From the human T2T-CHM13v2.0 reference genome, Homo sapiens: a DNA stretch of 64,000 nucleotides. Both the position numbers and the translations under genes were made by a program. How positions within the stretch are numbered: the stretch's first letter is position 1; each line of letters begins with the position of its first letter. The notes beneath the pieces were generated by a model, which worked only from the letters and a program-made list of their open reading frames with translations, did not search any database and had not been told where the DNA came from. Of the stretch, positions 40,901 through 54,283 are shown in pieces. The stretch lies in the NCBI GenBank assembly GCA_009914755.4, contig CP086569.2, positions 23,840,001 to 23,904,000 on the forward strand, given 5' to 3'.

Positions 40901-41915
40901 CACATGTGGAATTATGACATATACCTTGCTTTAGTTCACAGGCACAAAGATCAAACTTATATTGGGATACAGCCAATAGGAGATATTTTTCCTCTCATTG
41001 TTTGGCTTAAGGCAATATTTAAGGTCCTGGGTTGCATATTTGTACTAACACACATAAGCTTACAACACTAACTTATATTGTTTAAACTCTTTGGTGGTAA
41101 AGAGTTTCATAACAGGGACCAGCAAAAGGTTCAGAATGGGACTCTTGGTTACACACCCAGGTGCAATTAAGAGTTGTCACCATTCCATATTTATAATTCC
41201 CACTATTGAGGTCCTGAGTCTAACAAAAGAATACAGTACACAGTTAAAATTGTGACATTTATATGTGGCTTTGGCCACAGGGGAGATGGTGATTCATTTC
41301 TGGACCCAGCCCACAGGCATAATAATGAGTCTTCTCCCTTAACCCTGCCTATAGATGTCGACTATCAAACGTGGTTTAGAGCAATATGCAAGATTGTGAG
41401 TCCATAGGAGCAGGCAGGCCACAGAGAGGTTTGCAACTCTCATACAGGTTTCATAAAGCCCTCGAATATTGTAGAGAAAGTTATATATTGTCTGAGCATA
41501 CATGTGAGATTGTGACTCTAATATACATGCTCAGCTAAATGTTAACAATGTCATCCTCAAAGATGATGGGATTGTGTCATATCACTGGGCCTAGTACCCT
41601 GGTGTTGAGACTTTTTGTCTCAAATCCCTTTCTGTGGGTGCATTGTTACATATCGATGGGTTAGAATCATAATAATTTGACTCCTCTGCCTGGGCCCTGT
41701 AAACAGGGAATATTATCACATATCTCTGGGTCTATCAGCTAGGTGATGTGTCTCTCCAGTCTGTGCTTTGCTCCCAGAGGACAGTTTTAAATATCACTGA
41801 AACTAGCGTCTATGTAATGTAACTCTTCTCTCCTGCCTGGGTCCTGCTTACCAAAGGAATTGTGACATATGGCTGAATGTAAAACCTAGGTGGTATGCCT
41901 GTACTCTCTCTTCAA
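31945..41915. repeat. Tandem satellite array with a monomer of about 68 bp, beta-satellite-like. This is block 2, with the same higher-order structure as block 1 but carrying an internal deletion.
   Basis: It has the same monomer motifs as block 1. The landmarks run C (32,230), D (33,730), A (34,043), B (35,180), C (36,890), then B (37,560) directly with no D and A between, then C (39,230), D (40,930) and A (41,233). The left edge abuts a truncated L1 ORF2 at about 31,943. Confidence 0.8.
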
Positions 41916-43990
41916 CAGTTTATATCTGTGCTGCATTCTGTTTTATTACTTTGGTGCTCTATTTTTATACCAGTACCAGAGTGCTTTGATTACGACAGGT
42001 TTGTTTTGTGTTTGGAAATTGTTAAGTATAATGCTTCCAATATTTTAATTCTTTTTAAAGATTGCCAGGCTTTTCATGGTGCCTTGAGATCTTACATAAC
42101 TTTGTGGGGTTTTTTTCTATTTTTGCAAAAGTATAATTGAAAATTGAAACAGGCTGTGTTGAATGTGTTGGTCACTTTAAACAGCATGGGTATCTTCACA
42201 ATATTAGGTCTTCCAACCATTGAAAAAGAGCGTAATAAAAAGTGTGTTGTAGCTGGGGGTAGTGGCTCATGCCTCTAACCCAGAACTTTGAGAGGCCAGG
42301 AGGATGCATGGCTAGTTCAGGAGATCGAGATCATCCTAGCCAACATGGTGAAGCCCCGTCTCTGCTAAAATACATAAAATTAGCTGGGTGAGGTGGTGCA
42401 TGCCTGTAATCCCAGCTACTCAGAGACTGAGGCAGAAGAATCGCTTGAACCCGGAGGTGGAGGTTGCAGTGAGCTGATATTGCACGACTGCGCTTCAGCC
42501 TAGTGAAAGAGATACTCCATCTCAAAACAAAACAAAACAGGAAATTGTGTTGCTTAATCTTTATAAGTTTTGAATTTTTCAGCTTTTCTTCTGTTACTGA
42601 TTCCTAGTTTCATTCCATTTGGGCTGTAAATAATTGTAAAATTTTAGTTAAAAAATTATTAAGGCTTCTGTTGTGGTGTCACATGTGGTCCATCTAGAAA
42701 AATGTTTTCTGAGGTATTGAAAAGAATGTGATTCTGTTGTCTGCATACATTTGTTAGGTGTAACTATTGTGTAATGCATTCAGGTTTTTTGTTCCCTCGT
42801 TGATAGTCTCTCATTATTTATTTACTACTGAAAGTGAAATATTGATGTATTTCCATTATTATATGGTTGTCTATTTTTTCTTCAATTCTGTCAATGTTTG
42901 CTTTATGTGTTTGGGAAAATTGTCATATATTTATAAGTTATTAGTGAATAAACCCTCTTACTATAATTGAATGTCCTACTTTGTCTCTTGTTAATTTTCA
43001 CATAAAGTAAATTATATGAAATATGGTAGTTTTCATCTTAAGGAATTGTTGCCTCTTCTCCTCTCATTTGGTTAACACTTGCATGAAATGTATTTTTATC
43101 CTGTGATTTTCAGTCTTTTAAAATTAGATATGAAATGAGTCTTTTGAAGACATGACATAGTTAGATGTTCTTATAGATAGTGATAGAGGTCTTTTTTTTT
43201 TTCATTTTGAAGGATACTTTTGCAAAATATAGTATTCTTGTTTAGAACTTTTTTTTTTCAGCGTTTTACCAATGTCATCCTACCCGCTTCTTGCTTGAAA
43301 GATTTATGTTCATAAATTTACTGGTAATTTTGCAGAAGTGTGAATATAAATAATACATTTGTTTTTTTTTCTTTCTGCATTCTTCATTCTCTTTTATGTG
43401 ACTTCCAAAACGTTGCTTAACTTGTGTCTTGTTGTAAATCTCTTAATGTTAATTTTATTTGAAATTTGCTGAGCTTATTGATCTTCTCATTTTTTTTTTA
43501 CTAATGGTGAAGTACATATTAGTCTTTTTCTGTATTTCCACTCCACAATTTTTATTTCTTTTTGTGCTTTTTATTTTTTGTTGGTTTAATTTTTGTTATT
43601 TCATTTATTTCCTTTTTCTTAATTTATTTATTTCCATTTTACTCACGGAGCATCACTAAATCGGCAATGTTAATTTTTAAGGGTAATTAATTTTTTTAAG
43701 AATATATCTAGACTATAACTCATATTGTCTCTGTTAATTTTTACCTCCCCGTTTTTTAATAATTGATTTCTGGATATTTATTTTTATCTTTGATTGAGCC
43801 ATATTATCTTGATGTTTCATATATGTTGTAATCTTAGGTTGCAATTTGTATAATAAAATGTGACATGTCAAAATCTGTATTAAGTTTCTTTTGTCTGGGG
43901 GAATAAAATACACATTTTTTAGGCTAGATATTCTTCGGTCTCTAAAGCTTATTCTGTAAATGTTTTCTCTGGGCTTGTGTGTTTTTTAGT
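41916..43990 (-). mobile_element. Old L1 antisense fragment. It is the copy-2 paralog of 10,341-12,085 and contains a full Alu.
   Basis: It aligns with 10,341-12,085 over its whole length. It extends about 195 bp further at the right end than copy 1 does. Confidence 0.7.
42252..42540 (+). mobile_element. Full-length Alu. It is the paralog of the internally deleted Alu at 10,668-10,835.
   Basis: The sequence runs agtggctcatgcctctaacccagaactttgagaggccaggaggatgcatggctagttcaggagatcgagatcatcctagccaacatggtgaagccccgtctctgctaaaatacataaaattagctgggtgaggtggtgcatgcctgtaatcccagctactcagagactgaggcagaagaatcgcttgaacccggaggtggaggttgcagtgagctga... Confidence 0.9.
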
Positions 43991-44009
43991 TTAAAAGGTT
44001 TTCCCATAT

Positions 44010-44213
44010 TTTTCTTTTTTCTTTTCTTTTCTTCTTTTCCTTCCTTCCTTCTTCTCTCTTTCTTTCTTTCTCTCTGTTTCTTTCTTTCCTTCCTTCCTTC
44101 CTTCCTACCTATCTTCTTTCCTTTTCCTTCCTTCCTGCCTTCTTTCTTTCTTTCTTTCTTTTATTCTTCTTCTTCTTCTTCTTAATATTATTATTATTAA
44201 TTATTATTATTAT
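44010..44213. repeat. Compound microsatellite, (TTCC/TTTC/CTTT)n followed by (TTA)n. It is probably the expanded tail of the adjacent L1 fragment. It is private to copy 2.
   Basis: The sequence runs tttcttttttcttttcttttcttcttttccttccttccttcttctctctttctttctttc...cttcttcttcttcttcttaatattattattattaattattattattatta. Confidence 0.9.
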
Positions 44214-44751
44214 TATACTTTAAGTTTTAGGGTACCTGTGCACAACGTGCAGGTTTGTTACATATGTATACATGTGCCATGTTTGTGTGCTGCACCCATT
44301 AACTCGTCATTTAGCATTAGGTATATCTCCTAATGCTATCCCTCCCCCTCCCCCTCCCCCCACCCCACAACCGTCCCCAGTGTGTGATGATCCCCTTCCT
44401 GTGTCCAAGTGTTCTCGTTGTTCAATTCCCACCAGTGATTGAGAACGTGGGGTGTTTGGTTTTTTGTCCTTGCGATAGTTTGCTGAGAACGATGGTTTCC
44501 AGTTTCATCCATGTCCCTACAAAGGACATGAACTTATCATTTTTTATGGCTGCATAGTATTCCATGGTGTATATGTGCCACATTTTCTTAATCCAGTCTA
44601 TCGTTGTTGGACATTTAGGTTGGTTCCAAGTCTTTGCTATTGTGAATAGTGCCGCTATAAACATACATGTGCATGTGTCTTTATAGCAGCATGATTTATA
44701 ATCCTTTGGGTATATACCCAGTAATGGGATGGCTAGGTCAAATGGTATTTC
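44214..44751 (-). mobile_element. 5'-truncated L1PA 3' end in antisense, comprising the 3' UTR and the ORF2 C-terminus (about 540 bp). It is private to copy 2.
   Basis: The sequence tatactttaagttttagggtacctgtgcacaacgtgcaggtttgttacatatgtatacatgtgccatg...ccgctataaacatacatgtgcatgtgtctttatagcagcatgatttataatcctttgggtatatacccagtaatgggatggctaggtcaaatggtatttc matches the reverse complement of the young L1 3' end. By eye it is about 94-95% identical, which is far less diverged than the old L1s around it. Confidence 0.85.
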
Positions 44752-45044
44752 TTTCTGTTTTGAGTGGGAGCTTCACTGTTGTTACCCAGGCTGGAGTACA
44801 ATGGCACAATCTTGGCTCACTGCAACCTCCAGCTCCTGGGTTCAAGCAATTCGCCATCCTCAGCCTCCTGAATAGCAGGAATTACAGGAGCCTGCCACCA
44901 CACCCAGCTAACTTTTGTATTTTTAGTAGAGACAAGGTTTCACCATGTTGACCTGGCTTGTCTTGAACTTCTCACCTCTGGTGATATGCCTGTTTCAGGC
45001 TCCCAAATTGCTGATATTACAGGTGCGAGCAACCGCTCCCGGCA
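44752..45044 (-). mobile_element. Full Alu in antisense. It is the paralog of the truncated fragment at 12,088-12,180.
   Basis: The sequence runs tttctgttttgagtgggagcttcactgttgttacccaggctggagtacaatggcacaatcttggctcactgcaacctccagctcctgggttcaagcaattcgccatcctcagcctcctgaatagcaggaattacaggagcctgccaccacacccagc...caccatgttgacctggcttgtcttgaacttctcacctctggtgatat... Confidence 0.85.
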
Positions 45045-45594
45045 TTCTCCATGTTTCTTATTGAGATCCTATAGTCAGTTGCTATACCCCTTTTCTGCCT
45101 TCACTTGTAACAGTCATTTAACTTTGGTCTCAGCTATCCAAAACTGTCAGTTACCAACTTTCCTTTCAACACTGCCATGGAATATAGAAATTAGTTTATT
45201 GTAAGGTCTCAAAAACCCAGAAGCATGGACACAGGTGTCACTATTTTATTTATTATTGGACGGTGGAGACAGGAGTTGGGAGTCGATATTTAAAGTCATC
45301 ATAGGATGAAGAATGGCTTTCGTGGGTAAACGCAAAATACTTTTATTAAACCACTATGTGGTTTTTTGCATTTTGCTCCCTTCGGGTGCTGCAAATTTTT
45401 ACCTGGTTATTAGACTTCTCACAAAGGCATTTTGATCGGTGTATTTCTGTTAAGTTTAAATTTGTATTAAGGAATTAGAGCCTGTGATATTTTATTGTCA
45501 CCTTGTTAATGTGCTTTGTTTAATTATATATTTGTAAGTTGTATTCACCTGAGTCTAATGAGGGAGAGATTTATAGTCCTTTTATTTTCTTAGC

Positions 45595-46840
<1,246 letters not shown>

Positions 46841-46844
46841 CTTA

Positions 46845-48290
46845 TGGTCTTGGAGAGTCTCTAGGAAGTTGCTTCATAATCTGAGTGCTTTTTTGTTGGG
46901 TACATATATAAGTGTTTACTATTATGTAATGCCATTCTTTGTCTTTTTTAAAACCTATGTTGACATAAAGTCTGTTTTGCCAGAAACTAGGATTGCAGCC
47001 CCTACTTTTTTTCTGTTTTCTATTTGCTTGGTAGATTTTTCTTTTTTCCTTTTTTCGAGCTTATTTGAGATGGGTGTCTTGATTATAGCACATCATTAGA
47101 TATTGATATTTTATTCAGCTTGCCACTCTGTTTTGTAATTGGGGAACTTAGCCCATTTTCATTTAAGGTTAGTATTCATATGTATGGATTTGATTCTGTC
47201 ACTATGATCTCAGCTGGCTATTTTGCACATTTATGTGGTTGCTTTATAGTGTCATCAATTTATGATTTTTAGTGTGTTTTTGTAGTGACTGTTATAGTCT
47301 TTTTCTTATTTAATGTTTTCTTTAGAAGCTCTTGTAAGTCAGGTCTGTGCTAAAAGATTTCCTCAGCATTTGCATATCTGAATAGGATCACATTTATTTT
47401 TCACTTCTGAAGCTTACTTTGGTTGGATATAAATTTTTGATTTGGAATTCTTTTTTTAAGAATGTTGAATATTGGTCCCTAATCTCTTTTGACATGTAGC
47501 ATTTCAACTGAAAGGTTTGTTGTTTGCCTGATGGCCTTCTTTTAGAGGTGACCTGTCTTTTTAGTCTAGCTGCCTTTAATACATTTTTTTTCTTTCATTT
47601 TGACCTTGGAGAATCTCATGATTACGTGTCTTGAAAATGACCTTCTTGTGAGGTATCTTACTGGGATTTTCCCCATTTCCTGCATGTGAATGTTTGCCTC
47701 TCTATATAGGCTGGGAAAGCTCTCTTGAATGATATCTGAAAATAAGTATTTCAAGTTGTTTTTATTCTCCCCATCACTTTCAGGCACTCTTTTTAATCAT
47801 AGATTTGGTTTCATTACATAATCCCATATTTCTTAGAGGTTTTGTTTATTCCTCTTTTTTTTTTTTTTCACTCATCTTGTCTGTCTTATTTAAGAAAGCC
47901 AGTATTGAAGCTCTGAGATTCTTTCCTCTACTTGGCCTATTCTGCTGTTAATACTTGTGATTACATTACAAAGTTTTCATATTGTGTTTTTTCAGCTCTA
48001 TCAGATTGGTCACATTTTCCTCCTCATTGGCAATTTTTTCTATCCATTCCTGCAATTTTTTTCCCTTCATTGCATTGGGTTGCAACTCCATTTGTAGCTC
48101 AATGAAGTTTATTCATTTCCGTATTCTGAATTATACTTCTGTCATCTTAGGCCTCGGTGGAAATGTAATTTTTTCATTTGGATGAGAGATGTCACTGTGG
48201 CTTTTTGTGTTTTCAACATTTTTGCACTGATTTTGTCTAATCTTTGTGCGTGTATCTTTGAGATTGCTGACCTTTGAATGGGGTTTTGGG
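46845..48290 (-). mobile_element. L1 antisense running from the ORF2 5' end through ORF1. It is the copy-2 paralog of 13,545-16,147, and has no LTR insertion.
   Basis: The segments gtctctaggaagttgcttcataatctgagtgcttttttgttgggtacatatata and tttagcccattttcatttaagg match the L1 ORF2 start. The minus-strand ORF at 47,566-47,787, MPESDGENKNNLKYLFSDIIQESFPSLYREANIHMQEMGKIPVRYLTRRSFSRHVIMRFSKVKMKEK, is L1 ORF1. Confidence 0.85.
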
Positions 48291-50042
48291 TTTGTTTGTT
48301 TGTTTTTTTTTTTTTTTTGATCCTATTTAATGGTCTTGAATATTTGATGTGGAATAAGGTGTTTGCAACTAACAGGCTTTGTTCCTGGGAGATTTTTTTT
48401 TTTTTTTTTTTTTTTTTTGGTGGTGGAGCGGCTATGCTCAGCTCACTGCTCGGAGGCTTCATACTCTTAGGAACCTGTATTGAGCTCCAGCTGTCTTCTC
48501 TGGCTCCTTGATATTTAGAGTCCACCACTCTTTGTGACTAATGTGTCACAGCTTCAGAAGAGTGTTAGTGGATATGGGGTTTCTGCCTGTCTTTGGGCAT
48601 TCACCTCAGTGACAGGAACAAAGCAGCTAAGAGGGGAGTAGGCTGTATCTGCTGGAGACTGTGTGTGCTGTTGCACTAAAGTCTTATTTGTGGCCCCTCA
48701 TGAAGTTCTAATTGTTCAGAGTGTGGGAGGATACACTGCTCACCACACAGTGTTAGCAGAAAAGCAGGGGTGAGGCTTTCTGGTTCTCTACCCACCAGAG
48801 CTTTATCTACAGTAGAAGTTGCTGAGGGTGGCAGAGGCATACTGCATTCCCACTTGCTGGTGGGGCAAGCAAAGCCAAACCCACCTTTGCAGACATATGC
48901 CAGGAAAGTAATATGGAGAGTTGCCGTGGTATCAGGGGAAGCTGCAGTATGAGGAAGATACATGTGGGCTGCAGAATGGGGAAGATACATGTAAGCTGCA
49001 GTGATAGGGTCTGCCTTGCTGTAGTTCTTCAGGGGTCAGGCATGGATTACCATTGCCGATGCTGTGGTATTATCTTCCAGGGTAACTGAGACTGCCCTGT
49101 AAGCAACTGTAGCTAGACTGGGACCCTGGGAGAGGCCCGAAGACCAAGGAGTGCTCGGTTGGACCACCCCTTCTGATTTGCAACATTATCCTGTAGAAAT
49201 TAGTTCCCCTCAGGCTAAAGTCTCTTATGGGAGCAAGTTTAGTCTATAGAAATGGCCATCACTGGCCTTATTTTACTATAGATGCTCTTGCACCAAACCC
49301 TCTGGAAACCATATGAGCTGGCTTACTGCCCCACCTCTTTGCTGGTCTTCTGGGGGGCTGCACTTGAGAGAGATGTAGGTCATCAATCCCTCGGTGCAGT
49401 CAGCCCTGGATGGAAAATATGTGCTTTCAGCCAAGTTAGGGGCTCACTGTCTGGTGAGGAGCACTGGGGAGTTTGTGAGCCCCATGGAGGATGGTCTAAC
49501 CTCCTCTCCTTGGGCATAATGCAGCTCGTTTGAGGTGTGAATAAGGCAATTAGGGTTTGGGATATTTCATTAGTTTGAGGGTAGCAGGGACAGCTCTTCT
49601 GCACAGGCAATGATGAAATATATTCAGTTGCCCCTGGAAGCTGTGTCCATGGAGTTCCTAAGTTTTTGCTGGCTCAATAGCTCTGGCAATGATTGGCTAG
49701 TGGCCCAGGCCTGGAGGACCTGCCCACTGAGAATATATAAGAACAGGAACACATGTAACAGTCTGACCCCTTTTGTGAAAAGCTGCTGCATCTGCAATAC
49801 GCTGGGTGTCCACTACAGTATCTAGTCACCTCAGATTTTCCGGTACCTGAAGTTATCACCAGTGAATGTGCAAAAAAAGCAACAATGGCACATGCCTTTT
49901 TCTCTGGGAGCTCCATCCCAGGGAGGTATAGACCTGTTTTCAGCCCAAAAGCACTTGTAGGAAGTAGCCAGAAATGCCTGTGGAAAGGTCTTCCCCAGTG
50001 AAAAGAAAATGACTGGGGATCCACTTAAGAAAGCAGCCTACT

Positions 50043-50325
<283 letters not shown>

Positions 50326-50396
50326 AAAGAAGGAAGGAAGGAAGGAAGGAAGGAAGGAAGGAAGGAAGGAAGGAAGGAGAGAAAGAAAGAAAGACA

Positions 50397-50466
<70 letters not shown>

Positions 50467-50537
50467 AAGAAAGAAAGAAAGAGAAAGAGAGAAAGAGAGA
50501 AAATGAAAGAAAAAGAAGGAAGGAAGGAAGGAAGGAA

Positions 50538-50587
<50 letters not shown>

Positions 50588-50690
50588 AATAAAAGAAAAG
50601 AAAGAAAGAAAGAAGGAAGGAAGGAAAGAGAAAGAAAGAAAGGAAGAAAGGAAGGAAGGAAGGAAGGAAGGAAGGAAGGAAGGAAGGAAG
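50326..50690 (+). repeat. (GGAA)n / (GAAA)n compound microsatellite of about 365 bp that grew from the Alu poly-A tail.
   Basis: The sequence runs aaagaaggaaggaagg...(aaag)n...(gaga/aaag)...(ggaa)n. The long ORFs through it, for example KEGRKEGRK... on plus and FLPSFLPSF... on minus, are artefacts. Confidence 0.95.
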
Positions 50691-52932
50691 CACTGTAACC
50701 ATCTTTTGTAGAACAGGTCTGCTGTGCAGAGGTACCACTTCCATCCAGTTTATTTGGATTCTCCAAAGCCAGAAGGATGGAACAGGTAAGTGACACAAAC
50801 AGGAAAAATGGCAGCTCACTCTTTGCTCTAGGAACTGTAGCCCAAAAAGTTTTCAAAATTCCATCAACCAAAGAGTACCAGTGGTGTTAGCTGGAGAAAC
50901 TCATCAGGAAGTACTTTCCAGTGAGGAAGAAGGAGATTGGGGACCTGCTTTAACAGGCAGTCTGGCCATGTCTTTCTAGAGCACCTGTACTATGCTTTGT
51001 GATTCTAGTCAGCTTGGGCTCTTCAAAGCCTGAAGGCTGAAATGGCTAAGTTTCCCAGGCAGCAAAGATGACGGCCCACTCCTCTTTCTGGTAGTTCCAT
51101 CCCAGGGAGATGCAGTGCTGCTACCAATGGTTGGCTGGAATTCTAAGCCAGTACATCTTACCCTGTGAGGCACTGAGAAAATGCGTCCTACAGACCATCA
51201 ATGCTAAGCGCCCTGAATTCTGCCTTTTTCCTATGGATATGTTCAAGATTGTAACCTCCTGCTTTGCTGGAGTTCCAGCGAATTTTTCTGGGAAGGCTGG
51301 AAAGTCAGCGAATCTAAGGCTCTTGAATCACTGCAGTCTTGAGTGGCTGCTCTGCTGAGACTCCCTGTAGCTATGTGCATTATACAAAAGGCCCCGGTGA
51401 AGTGGGTTTATTAGGGGATCACCTTACCTGAGGGTTGCAAAGATCTGTGGAAGAATCATGGGTTCCCAGGATCATGCATTCACTTACTGCCTTACTGGCT
51501 GTGAAGGTGTCCCTGGCTCCATGTTGCTTTCAGGTGTCCCGGTGTCCTGCCTTGCTTTACTCCATTCTCCTTATGTTAAGTTGCTTCTTTGATTAGTCTC
51601 AATGCAAGTACCTGGTGTTTCAGCTGAACGTCACGTATTTATGCACACCTTGCATTCCTGTCTATGAGAACTACAGAGTCTAGCTGCCTCTTTCTAGTCA
51701 GCAATCTTGATCACCTTCCTCTAAAAGGAATATACTTTTTATATTAAAAGAATTTAATATTTTTTGAGAACATATATTTTCAAAAGCAAATATTGATGTA
51801 ATTCATCTCTTACCTTTGGTGATATATCTTTATTTCTAGAATTTATGTGAAAGAGCATGGTCAATAGCTGCTGCACCAGAGTTATGAGAGGTTCTTCTAT
51901 ATTACAAGGACAGATTTATACACTTTTCCATGGAAGATTAAGAAAACAGAAATCTAAGATACCTGAAGAATTTCTATGTACAAAGGCAACTTAGTTGTTG
52001 GTTTACGACAGTATCATAAATGACAGGATGATAGGAGTGGAGTAAGGGCAACATTCTGCATAGTGAGAGAAACAATTTGATTTTTAGTTGGACATTGCTT
52101 TACCATTTGCAAATTAAGGTAATTGGAATAAAGTGAATTCCAAAATGCCTTTTTAATGAAAATGCGTGGACTTAATTTCTTTTAGTAAATCAATATTGTT
52201 ATTTTGTTAAAGCTATTTGACATTGAATGTGTATCTTGCAACTGATGATAAGTTATCCCATCTTAACCAAGGCTGTAGGTAACTGATGGTAACAATATAC
52301 TACTGAGAGACAGTGGAATAACATCTGTAGTGATTCCTTTGTCAGTGGTTTTTAAAATGAAATAATTTGGAAAGTGTGGTTTTTACAACTTACATTTTTT
52401 TTCCTTGTAACTACAGGTTATTATGATGGTTGTAATGAAGATCATATTAGTATAACGGAGCTCTATGTTTCTGAATACTGAACAACTATTTATAAAATTT
52501 GATCCTACTTTTTCTCTATTAAAGGTATGACTGCTCTGCTCTGATAAACACACACAGACCTTTAGTTTTGATTTACATGAATTTAAATATAAGAAATATA
52601 TTACTGTAAAATAAACTCTAGGTATGTAACAAACTTCTAGAAAATAATCATATTTATTTATGGTTGGTTACATTGAGAAGAAAATAAAAATATTAAAATG
52701 AAACAAATCCTTTTACAAGTGTTGACATCTTACCAGCAAGCCAGAAACTTCAAAGATTTTCAAAGCAAATCTATTTTCTCTGCTTTGTATTAAGCTCCTT
52801 GATTTAAAATGTGATTGCTAGTGGCTTAGAATCATCTTCTGCAAATTTTTCTTTTTTTGTAGGTTAGCCTGTTGCTCACCCTAGACATAATATATAATTT
52901 TCTTTTCATCAAAGTTCATAACACTTTCTTTG

Positions 52933-53230
52933 GACTGTGCTTGGTGGCTCATGCCTGAAATCCCAGCACTTTGAGTGGCTGAAGCAGGTGGATCTCCAGA
53001 GATCAGGAGTTTCAGACCGGCCTGGCCAACACGGTGAAATGCTGTCTTTACTAAAAATACAAAAATTAGGTGGGCATGATGGCGGGCTCCTGTAATCCCA
53101 GCTACTCAGGAGGCTGAGGCAGGAGAATCACTTTAACCCAGGGGATGAACATTACAGTGAGCCAAGATGGTGCCATTGCACTCCAGCCTGAGCAACAAAG
53201 CAAAACTTCATCTCAAAACAAACAAACAAG
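52933..53230 (+). mobile_element. Alu (S-type), private to copy 2.
   Basis: The sequence runs tgcttggtggctcatgcctgaaatcccagcactttgagtggctgaagcaggtggatctccagagatcaggagtttcagaccggcctggccaacacggtgaaatg...gcactccagcctgagcaacaaagcaaaacttcatctcaaaacaaacaaacaag. The paralogous copy-1 site near 20,830 is empty. Confidence 0.9.
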
Positions 53231-54010
53231 TGAAAAGACATTCTCTGTACAATCCCCTCAGAAATTATGAAAGTGACTTTGATAAAATGTAACGCTATTC
53301 GGAAAATAATTTTTACATGTGAGTAATTTTACAGTGCATGTATGGTATGCTATTTATTTAGTACATTTTGTATTTTTTCAATTTTAGAATTCTATTTAAT
53401 CCAATTTTTTTGTTTACTTATTGACTATTTTACTCTATAAAGTTGACAGAATTGAGTTTATTAATTTTATTGGGCCAATATATTTAAGTAAACAATAGAA
53501 CGTTTAGTAAGTCATGAGGTCTTTTTGACATACACATGAAGTAAACAAATACAATACTAGGTATGTAATGGAAGCTATGTAATTAGAAATAAATATTCCT
53601 TTTAAAATTAGCCTGTGGTCTCAAGTGAGAAATTTAAAATATCTATAGTAAATAAATGACATTAATTCTGCATACGAGGAGAGCATAATTGTAACCAATG
53701 CTGCACTAGTGAATCTCACAATTGAAACAAGATTAAGAGATGGACATTTTAGCAAAACTAAGTGAAAACGTTGTAAAATTTTCAGATTATGTTTCTGCAT
53801 TTAAACATTTAGTGAGAGAAGTAGTGCACAAGTCTATCCAGTCAAACTTGAAATGGCTGACACATGTTAACCGTATTCACCCCAGGTATTGACACCTAAA
53901 ATGCCCTGAACTCTTTTCATTTAGATTAACAAAGTATTGTTTTTGTCTTCGTCCTCTAAATTCTGGCTTAGACAGAATTATCCAGCCATTTCATGTAGAT
54001 TTGATTCTAG

Positions 54011-54283
<273 letters not shown>

